NCBI GenBank assembly: GCA_964234715.1
Contig: OZ174292.1
Source of the DNA: Podarcis melisellensis
Lineage: Eukaryota
Direction: 5' to 3' (one strand)
DNA length: 64,000 bases
The translations under genes and the position numbers were made by a program. The notes under the pieces are model-generated. The model was given only the letters and a program-made list of their open reading frames with translations, made no database searches and had not been told where the DNA came from. This document shows, piece by piece, positions 16,063 to 29,400 of the stretch. Position 1 is the stretch's first letter; every line of letters starts with the position of its first letter.

Positions 16063-16979
16063 GCAAGTATAGGAACAGTAGCTGATTCAATACAGTACAG
16101 TCTTACCTTGTTCTCCACTGATAAACTGTATATAATGATAACTATCTGGGATGTTAAGGCAAGCTGGTATTTGGTCTGAGATGCCTTCTACTGATGGTGG
16201 TTCCCGTTCTGCCCAAGTCAAAACGAAGAATGTCACCGAGAAGATGAAAGGAAACAGAATGATGATCACCCTGTCATTGTGCCTGGTACTTTACCAAGCC
16301 TAAAGGGAGGACCCTTCCTCTGCTTGGAGGAATTTGAGTGAGAGGCAATGAAAGAGAAAGTCCGGGCCTATACATTCATTTGCAAATACTTCTAGCACAG
16401 CTCATCAGTCAGACAAAACAGCACAGCATTTCTGATTGGTGGCTTTTTCTTCCCCTCTCCTCCAGTTTCAGCACCCTTTATTTCATTTTGTTTATAGATG
16501 CAGCAATGGGAGACAAACTTGAACTCTTGTTAGGACCAAAGGCTTTTAATGCCCATATGAAATGGGCTCAGGATAGGATGTATAGGCCAGGAGTTTCTGT
16601 AGTTCTGTTGAGGAATGAACAGTTCCATTTAGACACTATCCTTTTGGGGCAATAGCACTCAAGATCCATTGCTTCAAGTGTAATCAACTTCTGTTTATCT
16701 CCTTCCCCCTCCCACTATCCTTTATCTGTAATGTCTTTGCCCTGGCCAGCTTTTATTCTATCCTTTTTCTTGTCAAGGCCCTTGGTTTCTTAATTATTAT
16801 CAGGGGTGTGTGTGTGTTATTTTCCCTATAATCCATATCCTTGCGATTTCCTTTCTTGCCTATCTGCCTCCTGTCTCATATTTTGATCTAGAATACAAAG
16901 CTTCTTAGAAAGAAGAAACCCTCTGTAAACACCTACACTTTAGAATTCAGTTTGCAAAACTGTCTGTAGCAAAGACTAG

Positions 16980-17363
<384 letters not shown>

Positions 17364-19652
17364 TAGCTGGAGGCAGCCTAGCCCTTACTGAGTGGGCTGG
17401 GGAAACCTGCCAAAACTGCACTGTTCTAATCTGCTCAACTTGCCTAACACAACCTCCAGGAAGAGCTACAAGCATCTTCTAAAATCCTAATTGGCTGGTG
17501 TTAAGATGGGATTGGGGTTTGCAGGGGAGACTATCAAGTTTCATAGGCTTTTACAAAAATGTTAAACTGTCTTACAACATGGTCCAGATTGCAGTCTTGA
17601 AATTGTGGCTCACTGCAAGCAGGATTGGTCTGTGCTTTAAGCTTCTCCTGCTTTTATCCTCTGCCTGCAAATAGAAGCTGCTGTTAGCTCTCTGGAGGTT
17701 GGCTAGGTCTGTGGGTAGATTTTTCTTGGATCTTGGCCCTTCTCTAAGTGCATGGCTTCTTGATCTGCCATTTAAACCGCTCCCTCAGGTTTTTTGCAAA
17801 GTCATGGCTGTTAGAAGGTCATGCTGCTGTTTGGGCAAATTAGCTTCAAATGCACTGATTGGCATAATGAACCATTTCCAGTCTAAAGGCCATCTGTTGG
17901 GAATTCATTTCACTGTTTCAGTGTGGTTGTCCCATCTACATGCATATTGAAAAACTGACCTGTCAAAGAGCTAGCTTCTCCCCTGCTTAATTTGCTGAAA
18001 TCGACAGCAGGGTGTACAAACTGAGGCTCCAGGATCATGCTGCCTAATTGTGTGCCCTCTGGACAAGAACTTTGATCTTCAGCAGAGTAGCGAAAGTGCT
18101 GCTTTTAAGAGCGGTTTACATTGCTTGCTTGTTACAGTGGTGTATGCTGTAGGACTCTGGGTCCATTTCTGACAAAGGAGTTGTGTGCTTTTGTTGTTAT
18201 GTGAAGAAGCCAGCACTTGCTCTCCAAGGTCCTTCAAATCCCGACTATCCTGATGCAGCAGAATCTGCATCTGTCTTCTGGCCCACAAGGTATCTGAGTA
18301 GAGCTTGGGCAGCTTTCTTGAATTCAGATTCCAAAGGATTTTGTACAGGAGTCATTCCCCAAAGAAGTGCTCCTAGTCTGAACAGCAACTGATGAAGCTG
18401 GGGGCAGGGAAGTGGCAGAACTGTGAAACGGAGCAATTTTGGACACCATCATGAGAGGATTGACTCTAAATCCAGGTTTTTCAAGACCTGAGGGTCACTT
18501 GCCAGGGGAAATACCATTCCTTGCAGGCGAAATGAGCCAGTGAATCAGAAATGAAAGGTTAAATGCTGATTGCTGGGGCAGGCCTCATTCTTATGGATAT
18601 GACCAGTCTTTGTTGACTGTACCACTTCAGATGATGGAATGCTCCTTATTACAGAACATTTTCCCCTTATAGAGAAGTAGCATGTTAGAGAGAAGGGTGC
18701 TAGGCTTTCAGTTTTCCTGACATGTTAGTAGAGATGCTGTTTTTATGTATGGAGGAACATTGATTCATGTGAGCCCCATTCCTAGTATTCCCATTCCAGG
18801 CACAAGTTGACTACAACAGTCACAGTGTGGAATTCTAGCATCTTAGGCTCAAAGCTTCAGTAGAAGTGCTAATTATATCAGGTTGCGAGGTCAATAACGT
18901 GTTAATTGAAAATAGCAACCATCACCAAATACTGTAAGTATACAGCTCTTCTCCCTCCTTCCATCTGCCAACAGATGCCTCCCAAGTACTGTTTTGGAAC
19001 ATGGAAGACTCTAGTGCAATGGTAGCCAACCTTTTTGCCAAGTTTGCCACAAATGGGATCACTCCAGTTGTGTTCTGTCATTCTGTAGCCCCCCAAACCC
19101 ATGCCCGAGAGAGTTTTGATTGTAGTCAAACATGATGGCGAACAGGCTGCAGACTAGCACTAGAGGTGGGCAGGGCATACCTGACTTGACACAGCCTGAC
19201 CCTGAGGCCTTTCTGCCTCACTTTAGGAGTGCAACAAATTACTTGCGGCATCCTTGCCATAGATTAGCCATTCATACTCTAGAATCAAATGGGGCACAGT
19301 AAGCTGCAAGCATGACCTGTTTTTTCAGTTTTGGGGAGCCATTTAAAAACAGGTTTTTATCCACTTTGCCAAGCACACTCATACTGCAAGGGGCAGGCAG
19401 GACATAGGCCCTTTGCAGAAATACTTGAAACTAATTTGAAGCCTGCTGAGCAGCTCAGCTCCTGGAAGGGAGTAGTTCCTTGTCAAGAGTTTGGCAATGC
19501 AAGAAGGATCTTCCTGAGGAAGTGCTGCTGCTTTTTCCTTTGCACATTACTAACCTTTTGAATCTCTTTCTTCCCCTCTCTGTCACTTTTTTTTATTTTC
19601 CTGCTTTTCTTCGGAATCTCTCCTTTCTGTTCGCGCTTTCTGCATGGTGCAG

Positions 19653-19791
19653 GACGGGGCTCTTCACACCTGACATGGCTTTTGAAGCTATAGTGAAAAA
19701 ACAGATTATAAAGCTCAAAGAGCCCAGTTTGAAGTGTGTTGATCTGGTGGTCTCAGAGCTGGCCATGGTCATTAAAAAGTGTGCAGAGAAG
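19653..19791 (+). CDS. DNM2: DNM2 mutually exclusive exon 10b ([46 protein letters not shown])
   Basis: gtgcag|...|gtaatg, 139 nt, same phases as 10a. Confidence 0.95.
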
Positions 19792-20711
19792 GTAATGAGT
19801 CTCTACTCTTTTATTTCCTCTCCCCATCTCCCTGTCACCTGGAATATGGCTACTTGCGGTGCCCAGCTAAAAGGAAGTTTGAATGCTTTCAGTGAGGGCA
19901 GTCTGTGCCTGAGCAGAGCCAGAGCCACAGCAGCTGCCATTCTTTTTTCTTTATTTGAATACTGCTTTTATGTTTCAAGAAATCTCAAAGCAGTTTACAT
20001 CTCAGTAGAAATCACTTAATTGTATAAAAATATATAAAATATTAATAATTGGGGGGACAGCTGCATCCTCTCTGAGGAATGCCCATCAGACTGTTGAATT
20101 GTCCAGTTTGGCTTCACAGCAGGGTCCTACAGAGACATTGCTCTGGTGTTGCTTGGACCGTAGCAGCTGTAGTCGAACATGCTTTGAAAAGTGGCTAAAT
20201 CTCAGGAGCACTTCCTGTAATACAAGGCTACGTTTTTCAGCTCCTCTGTGCCAAAAGAAGCTTGTTTCAGTGCTGAAGCATGAAAAGAGCTCTGGCATTT
20301 ATCTGTTTTAAGAGTATCTTGGTAATATGTAATCACCACCTTCCACAGTGACTTGTGGGTAGGCCTATCATTTAATCAAAAAGAAAGCAGCTCTCATTCT
20401 TTTTCCTGTGGCACTAAGAAGCCAGTCTCATGTGTTCCTTCTGCTAAACTCCACAGAGGTCTTGGGCTGTTTCCCAGACAAAAGCCATGGGGAGCATAGG
20501 GTGCACATCAAACACCCAGAAAAACGTTTTGTATCTTTATTGAACTGGCAAAAGAAAACCCACCCCAAATCCCTCTTACTTTGTGCTTTAGACCTGTCCC
20601 AGTGGTAAAATTGAGAAATAGCCCAGCCTCTTCTCTTCTGCTCTCTATATGTGTGTCTATAACTGATGCTTAAGACTGCAGTGATCTGATCTCTTCTCTG
20701 CTTGTCCTCAG

Positions 20712-20798
20712 CTTGGTTCTTACCCTAGGCTTCGAGAAGAAACAGAGAGAATTGTTACAACATACATCAGGGAACGAGAAGGGAAAACTAAGGACCAG
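20712..20798 (+). CDS. DNM2: DNM2 exon 11 ([29 protein letters not shown])
   Basis: cctcag|...|gtgagc, 87 nt. Confidence 0.96.
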
Positions 20799-21077
20799 GT
20801 GAGCAGGTTTTTTGTTTACTCACCAAATAACCTCTGGGCTAACTGAGAATAGCAGAATCGGAATCTACAATGGCTTTCTCAACTGACAATCACAGCAAAG
20901 TGAACCCCTTCTTTGCTCAGCTTTCTCAGGGTTTCCATTGAGCTGGAATTGCTTGTTATAGCAGTGCAGAAAGTACCAAGCTCTTGTGTGGCTACGCATA
21001 AGAAGATAATCAAGGCAAGGTCCTTTTCACAGGCTTCAGTGTGCAGAAGAGTAGTCTAAATGGGCTCTTTCTCATGA

Positions 21078-21188
<111 letters not shown>

Positions 21189-24100
21189 TGAGTATCTGCT
21201 ACCAAATAAACACCAAGAGATGCTTGGCTCGCATGTCACAGTAAACTGCAGTTAAATGTTTAACTATGGTCTAATGTGAATGGGCAGTGTGGAGTTACAT
21301 ACAATTCTAAGTCACCGCTTAGTGAATAGCAAGCTTGTAGTTTGTTGTTCCTAGCATTGAGTCAAGAAGAAGCAAAGCAGCATGCGTTAGTACACTGCTC
21401 ATTCATTGCAAATCATAGTTACTAGAGTTGCCCCCACCCCTTAAGCAGGGGTTCTGTTCTGAATCCCCACGTGCGTAAGAGAAAATCACGTAACTGGGGA
21501 GCACTCTCTAAACACCCTTCAGGCTCCCTCTCTGCTGCTCTCTCTCCTATCCTTATGAAAATTACTATATCCTAAAACATCCACAACTAGAACTGAAGCT
21601 GTGGGGCTGGCTGGAGGATGTGCGGGAAATTGGCTGCTTCTGTGCTACCACTCGCATCAGCTGCTAGGCAGGGAAGCTGAGCAGCATAAACAAAGCCCTG
21701 CTGTGCCTCCAATCCCTTTGGGGCTTCCTCCACTCTCACTGACTTTGGACTCTGGGGAGGGTCTCCTCATGAGCCATGAGGACTCTCCAGCTCTCTCCCA
21801 CCAGGGTTTGAATTAAATTATGCATCTGTATTAATTATGGTTTATGGGTGCTTCTGTATTAATTATGGTTTAACATTGCATGTGAATCAGGCCACTGGGA
21901 AACATGATATGGCCCAAATAGTACTGCTGATGTAGGAAATGAGGAGAATTTTTTTTGGCCAAGCAGAAGAGAGCATCTTGTGATTGGATGACTGCCTGGT
22001 AGTACAGATCTCATGACTTGGGTTATCCGAAATCAAATAACTAGAAGCTGAAACTAGTCATGTGTGGTTGAGATCAAACTTGCATTTTGGAGACGTTAAT
22101 GAACTTTAATCTCAAATGCTTGATGAAAAGGTAACAATGAGTGAGATATGTGTGTGTGTGAGAGAGAGGGAGGGACAAAACTTATTTTTGGCTTTCCTTT
22201 GTGACCTATTTTCGGAGCAAGCAACTTTGGTGCTTTTTTTAAAAAAAAAGCCAGTTAAATGAAAACAATTTTTAGATCTTTATCACTTACAACGACTTTA
22301 ACCTGCCCTATCACAAAGACATGTCTAACTAGCAAAAGCCAGCCAAAATAGGAAGGTCTTACGCCACTTCAGAAATACTATTTGGCAAGTCTCCCAGGAA
22401 AGTGCGCAATGCAGCCTATGGGGATACCTCTGTGTATTGAGTAGCCTGACGTTCTGCACTAATAATATTGAGGGTAACCTCATGTGAGCTATTGTAAGTT
22501 GTGTTGGGACATAGGAAAGGAGAATTGCTTGTAGGCATGTAGGGCTCCAGGGCTTTGTAGGATAAAAACACTTTGCATGGTGCTCTGAGGGACATAGGGA
22601 GTTATGGAAGATGATGGAGGACTGATACATTGTTTTCAGGGTGTCTGCCATCACTGCTGTGATGAAGTTTGAAGAAAGCAATTGCAGTCCCTTTGTATAG
22701 CACATTACAGTAATCTTATCTTAGGCTTTCAAGTTCAAAAATAATGGTTGCAGGATATAAATATGGCAAAAGGGAGTGCATATTTTTCCCCATGTGGAAA
22801 GCACGCTTGACTTAGAAGTACAATCTGGTCTTCAACATGCAGCAGCCAATTCAGAAGCCCCTTGGGTTCTGGTGATTACTTTTAAAAAAAATTCAGCTTG
22901 TCACCTCTGATGCATACAGATCTTTAGATAAAGGACTCAAGGGTGGGTACCCTTCAACACTGATGACAATATATATCAGTTGTCTGCAGTTACCCTGACT
23001 TTCCCTGGTACTATTTTTATCCAGCTGTTGCGCACCCTTTCTAGTTAGCTTTCTGCTTCTGCTTTTTTCTTACTTGTTTCTTCATGGCTTGCCTCATTGT
23101 ACATTTACATTTGGTTCCCCTGAGTCTGTGCCTCCTTTTCCTCTGTGATTGGACAGACACTTCCAGTTTTTAAAGGAAGTGTCTTGCTTTTTCTAGCCTC
23201 CTTGACTCTTTAGACATGTTGGCATCTAGTTTTGACAGGTTTATGTGCTTTCTAATATACAGGATGTTTGGATTGATCCTGTTTAAAGCAATTATAAACT
23301 CCAGCTTCCCAAAGAATCAGGCCTTTCTAGTGATACATTTTAGTCTTTTAAATTCTCATTCATAACTTTCCCACTAGTTGAGAACGTAAGTGTGTTGATA
23401 GCATTACGTCTAATAAATGAATCATCCCAAATCAAAATGCCAGTATCCATTGTGAACATTACTTTACAACCATTTTGTTGTCAAATGAGCCTCACCAACT
23501 AGGGAAATGACCAATATGTTCCTGCAGATTATATCACCTGGAAATGATTAGTAGTCTCTCCCTATAGTTCTACTTGTCTTGGAGGTGTCAATGTTTCTTA
23601 AAAAGCTGTTTTGATGGTCATGAACTTACTGCTTACCTAAATCCTAGGATCCAGTATCTTTTGATTGTTTCTCAGTGCCATTCTTCTAGCTGACTCCTGA
23701 TTTCTTTATAGTGGTCTGTCTAGATATCTTTGTATTCACAGCCTTCGTAACAAAACAGCACATACCATTTACAAATTATGTATACCTTTAATGATGTACT
23801 TGTAAATGATCAGATCTTCCATGAGTAACTCCCAAGAAATATCCTAGGGTTACACAAAGTTATGGCTACATTTATGTGGGATGGCGTTTAATTTCTTCAG
23901 TGTGGTGCCCTTGTGCCTTAGGGTTATAATTTCCTACACCATTACAGGAACAGCCATCATGGGATTGAGACCTTTCCCACTATATCCCTAGAAATCTCCA
24001 CTAGATGCCTTTGTCAGTCTCTTCCTGTTCGTCAAGCTCACCACTGTAGTTCTAGCTGCTAAAAAACCTGCTTGTTCTTTAAGATTCAGAAACTTATTGC

Positions 24101-24724
24101 AGTGTGCACACCCACAGACTCTGCACAGAATGGACACTTCTATATATGATGCTTAGTGCAAAAATTAGGACAACCTGTACTCACTTGCCAGCTTTCAAGC
24201 ATGTGTATTAAACACATTTGTAACATTATTATGAATGTAAGATAAAATACTACTTTTTCTCTTTTCGCATAAAACCTTTGATAAGTTCATTTTATAAATG
24301 TAATATATGAAGTACCCCTGATATTTTTTGTAGGGGCCTGTCAACAGAATTTTCAAGACATCAAGACCAAATGATCTCAGTAGGAGGTCCCTGAACCCTT
24401 ACCACTTGTTTCCCTTTTATTCTGTAATGCTGCTCTTAGAGCCTCTGTTATTGGATGACTTAGAAACACTGTAAATGCATTTTAAGAAATGCTGTTTGGC
24501 ATCAGCCCAGCAAGCAGCTCAGGCATAGTGTCCTGTTCACATACTCCTTCCATTCCCCATCTCTCTCTCTCTCCCTCTCGTGTAATTTGTGTGCAGTCTA
24601 TTTATGTATCCTTTCACACTTAATTTACAGTTCCTTCTTTTTCCTTCATCTCACGTTTCTCTCTCTCTTTGACTCACCTTGCTCTTCCCTCTGGATGCCT
24701 CAAACCTCTCCCAAATCTCCCCAG

Positions 24725-24754
24725 CTGTTACACTGAGCAGCGCATGGTGGCTGG
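24725..24754 (+). CDS. DNM2: DNM2 alternative exon 12b, 30 nt, inserting CYTEQRMVAG
   Basis: ccccag|CTGTTACACTGAGCAGCGCATGGTGGCTGG|gtgcgt. Frame-preserving (phase 2-2), with a ~90-nt AG-free pyrimidine tract upstream. Position and size match the muscle-enriched 10-aa exon 12b of mammals. Confidence 0.8.
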
Positions 24755-25767
24755 GTGCGTATCTGCCTGTGAGAGTTTATCCTTATTAGGTCTAGAGTGT
24801 AGCTTGCCTAACCCTTTGGAGAAGTTGTTGAAGGGGCTGTATGAAGACTGTGGTGAGGATTGGTCAGTGGAGACGTGTTCCCATAAATCTGCTCTCCAAT
24901 GGCAAGTGCCCCTCACCCAGAGTGGCCGGTAGTGTGTAGGTCCTCTCACTTGAAATTTCATTTGTGCTGCAGATTAGACAAAGTAAGCAACAGCAGGAAT
25001 TTCTTTTGAGAAGAAATTCAAGAGAGTGGAAGAGATTATTTCGTTTTTCTGGGTGGCACAATCCAGAAATAGCCTTTCCCTTTCCTAAGCCTTTTGCATG
25101 TCTGAGTCAACTAGGGAGGGGAGAGAGGCATTGTGGTAAGCATAGTAATGGTTGGCTAGTAAGATATATCAATATGAGTGGCTAGCCTTGGGACACATAG
25201 TAAATGTGCATGTTCTGTGTACATGTGCATGTAACTGGTAGGAGGCAAGCTGCATCCAGCCAGCAGAGGACCCCAGAATTATTCCACTAATTAGTTGTGA
25301 AAATTGACAATCCCGCAAGACAGTCTAACATCCCATTGATTGAAACACTAGGGTGTTCTCTCCATATGCTACCAGGCAGGTTCTTTCAAGAAAAGATTCA
25401 CTGGGGCCTGGAGTAGGCAGTGTCTTCTACTTCCTCCCTAAAGTCTTTTGCCTCTGTAGTGTGCAGTCACAAGTTCAAGGCCCTGTCTCCCTCTGGTTTA
25501 GATCTGAAGTGGGATGTTTCAGAACCGCTGTGAATGTATAGAGTGTCTTTGTGGTGGAAAAATCTGTCGTATGGCATGTATCACTTCAGCTCCATTGCTG
25601 GTGAACTTTCTCCTTTGTGGGTTGGCATTTCCCTATCTGCATCTCTAATTTTGCTTGACTTGAACAGGAATGAATGTGTTGGTGATTCTGTGTATCTAAC
25701 ATGCAAGTTTACCTTTTTTCACACCCAGTAGGCATGTTTAAATGTAAAACCATCTCTTTTCTTTCAG

Positions 25768-25819
25768 CGCACAGCAAAGGAGCACCCAAGCAAATAAGAA
25801 AAGAGCAATCCCAAATCAG
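25768..25819 (+). CDS. DNM2: DNM2 exon 13 (AQQRSTQANKKRAIPNQ)
   Basis: tttcag|...|gtactg, 52 nt. Confidence 0.95.
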
Positions 25820-26484
25820 GTACTGATGCATGTCTCCTTCCTTTAGCCAAGTAGAACATAGTGTCAGCATACTAAGTCCAGCCTGTTGGGCACACTATGT
25901 AGTTGCACAGAGTTGAACAGGCTTGTGAGCATGGCATAGTTTTATAAGAAGAGGTGCCACCCTTGCCTTATGTCATTTGAAGACAGAAAAGGACTTGGAG
26001 CTGGCCGCAAGGTGCAGAAAGTTCAGTGCCTCCACCAAAATAAATCACTTATCCTTCAGTTGTGACTACAAATCTATGCCAATATGAACACAAGTAGAAG
26101 AGAGAAACTTCAAGGCAGAAGAATGAAACGATAAAGGAACATTTTCAGTCTTAAGTCCCCTTTGTTTCTGAGCAGCAAGACTTGAGCAAAGGACTGGAAA
26201 CAAAATTGGTGCATAAAGTTAGTCTCTATATAATGTATCTGCGTATGTTAATTCTTGTTTGGAAAGACTGTAATGGAACATTAACACTGAACAATTATAA
26301 TTAATTGCATGTAACTTTTTTCTTTTACTGTTTTTTTCTGCTTTCCCTTTTTTCCAACCATTTTTGTGCTTCCTGCTTCTCCCTTCCCCTTCTACTCTCA
26401 TTATTTGATTTTCTTCACTGTTCTGTCCCCTCATCCTGCTTTTCCTTATTTTACCTGCACCACTAATTTTGCCAACCTGTAAAG

Positions 26485-26496
26485 GGTGAGATACTG
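26485..26496 (+). CDS. DNM2: DNM2 alternative micro-exon 13bis (GEIL)
   Basis: gtaaag|GGTGAGATACTG|gtaagt, preceded by a >200-nt AG-free pyrimidine tract; GEIL is the known DNM2 insert. Confidence 0.92.
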
Positions 26497-29400
26497 GTAA
26501 GTACCTGTATAATGTGCTAGTGACTGATATGTAAACTTTGGTGATGGAGACTTCCTTGCCCAGCAAAAGTAAAGGTCCCCAAGTTGGGTAACCTCTTTGC
26601 CTCAAACAAAGTGCACTTAATTGTACAGAAAAGCAAGTAACTTCAAATGGCATTCCAGGAGATCCAGGCATGGGAACCATCTTTCTAAATTTAGTTGCTA
26701 CTGTTGAATTCTTGGACTTACCAAGTGGGCAATGAATGAAACTGTAAGTAGAAAAGGTAGCTTTCTGAACCCTTCATTTTAGCCTGAGGAGGTTTGATTT
26801 TAGCCCCAACCCTCCTTGGATCAGAAATCAGGTGAGACATCATCCTTATTTAATATCCCATCTTCATGCCTTTTCTTCAAGCTGACATATACGGCTGAAG
26901 GGAGATCCACTAAGCTGGAGTCCAGTGACACTCAAGCAACTGAGACTTGTGAGTCTTAGCTATAAAAGTAATCATGAGGCTGCCAGACTTGGGTATGACA
27001 CCCACCATACTAACAGAGCGCAATGGAAGGATAAAGGTGCCAGTGAACCTTGACTGGTAACTGCAGCATTCTGAGCTTCTGCTCCGTCTGCTAGCATTCC
27101 TGGTTATTTTCTCCCTTGAGACCTTGTGTTCTTCCTACCTGGTGAGACTCAAGCGGCCAGCATCATGTATTGTACCATGTTCTACATCCATACACCCAGC
27201 TTGGTTCGCAATTGTCACAAACGTATTCCATGTTAGTTTTCATCTTGATGTGTTCATATCTCCATCTAAAATCTCAGCTGCTGCTGCCTTCTCTATAATT
27301 ATTGAGGCACAGAGAGATTTGTTTGCCCTATCATTACTACGTGGCCCTTTCCCTTGTCTGGTGAGACCAGTGTTGCTCTATGCTTTTCCTTTAAGTGCAC
27401 TAGATTCTAAGAAATGTGGGTGGATCGGTTGCTCCATGATTAAACAAACTGATACAGCCCTTTGAAGTCCCTGAAGTCCCTGAAGGGACCCCTTCATAGT
27501 CCCTGAAGGATGTGTTGTGGATGGGAATCTTGGAGTTGGAAATCAAATGGTTACATTGCTTACTCTACAAGAAAATGGAATCGCCAGAAACTTTTGGGTG
27601 TAAGTGAGAAGAACAATTCTTAATAAAACAGATGCAGAGGTGCTCCTCCTCTCATGCTGTCCTGGAAATAATTTTCACATGTACTTGGTGCAAGAATATT
27701 GCACTATGTACTATTGTACATATGTGACACATATGCTAGCTTTGATGCATATGTGTTAACTTTGCTCAGATCGGAGGTATGGGAGGTTTCCTATTCAAGT
27801 GCTATTTCTACTGGGCAAGGAATCTCCTCTCAATTCCATATTCTGATCCAGTGGACTAGAATGCTGAGAGAGTTTAAAATCAGTGGCATAGCATTCCCCT
27901 GGAATCCCGGGCATCCTGTCAGTTCTCATCATTATATCCTGTGTTTCAAAGAGTCTGAAAGTGCTGACGCATCCATTTTCATGATATTCTAAGGATACCT
28001 GCAGACCTCAGAGCAGTAATTCTCAAATAGTGTGCTGAAAGTAATTAGAGGTTCATATGAACTCAAATCAACCTTCCCTGGAGAATGCTGCCCATGTGCT
28101 TGCATGAGCTACAGTTTCTGACCAGGAAGCAGCCTGTGAACAGTAACTCATTCTAGATGGGCTCCTTTGAAGGCAGTTAATTCTTACTTTTACACTCCAA
28201 ATTTTAATTTGGCAAACCTAGCAAGAGTTTGAGAAACACTGCCATAATACCTCCTGAGGGTCTGCATATTTGCCATGTCTCCAATTCCAATGCAATCCCT
28301 GGTCTTCAATTCCCAATCTTCAATCCCTGGCTTTGAAAATGTGGTTTGTGCTTCAGTAAGAGGAAGGTGGAGATCTGACTGGCTGGGCTGTGTTTGATTT
28401 TACTAAAAGTTGAAGGTGAAACTTACTTTTCAGGCAACACTTTGGATCGAACTCATCCTCCTGCGTTTGAGAGGCAGTTTGGAGCTTTAAATGAACATTA
28501 TGTACTTCTTTTCTCAGCTTCTTGTAAGCCTGTCTGGGTGGTGGTGGTAAAATAGCAGGCTAAAGAATAAGGAGATTGATTCCAGGAACATTTTTTTTGT
28601 CCACACTGCCCAAAACTTGCCCCGCTGCACACTTTTTGCCCCCAACTTAGCCTCTAACTCAACATAGCTCTTTAAAAACACCAATTTAGACAAGTCTCTT
28701 TTCTCAAGTTGGCAGCAGAATTGGCTTCCCTTGGGCTGATGCCCCATGACTGGGCTCCTCAAACTCAGTTACAGCCCTGTGTGTCTTTTTCGGGCTCTTT
28801 GGTTTCTTCTTCCACATCTGTCTCAAGGTCTCTCTCCTTCTCTACTTCCTGCCTTCTGGCCATTCTTTGCCTCCATTCTTTTAAAAGCTAATTGTATTTA
28901 AAATGTGACTGACTTCTGATCCTGAATCTTTTTAATTAAGAGAAATGCTTCACAGAGAGGAAATCTGACCTGACTCCCGTTCCTATGTCTGGACTTGACA
29001 ACACCTTCCATTCCTCTGCCAAGTTAATTTGAATTAAAATATAGTTTGCCACAGCCCATGCCCACCAGTGCTCCACTCCTTCTGTGTGTCTGCCACCTTG
29101 GTATTTATGTTAGCAAGAAGCTGAGCAGGTCTGAAAAGATGAGGATGCCTGGTTGATATGTATTTCTTTGCCCTCATGCTTTTTCAGTGCTGGTTTTGAA
29201 AGCTTAAGCACAGGCCAAGCCAAATTCTCTGTCCCTTTCCAGAGCTGCTCAGCAATCCTGCCTCTAACATCTGTAGCTTTCGTATCTAACAGTTGAATCA
29301 TCACCATTAGGTTTGCTCTCTTTCTCCAAAGTATACTTTAGCCTGGCTATATTTAAATGATTTAACATATAGACTACTTCCTTTCCAGTCTGCTCATTAC

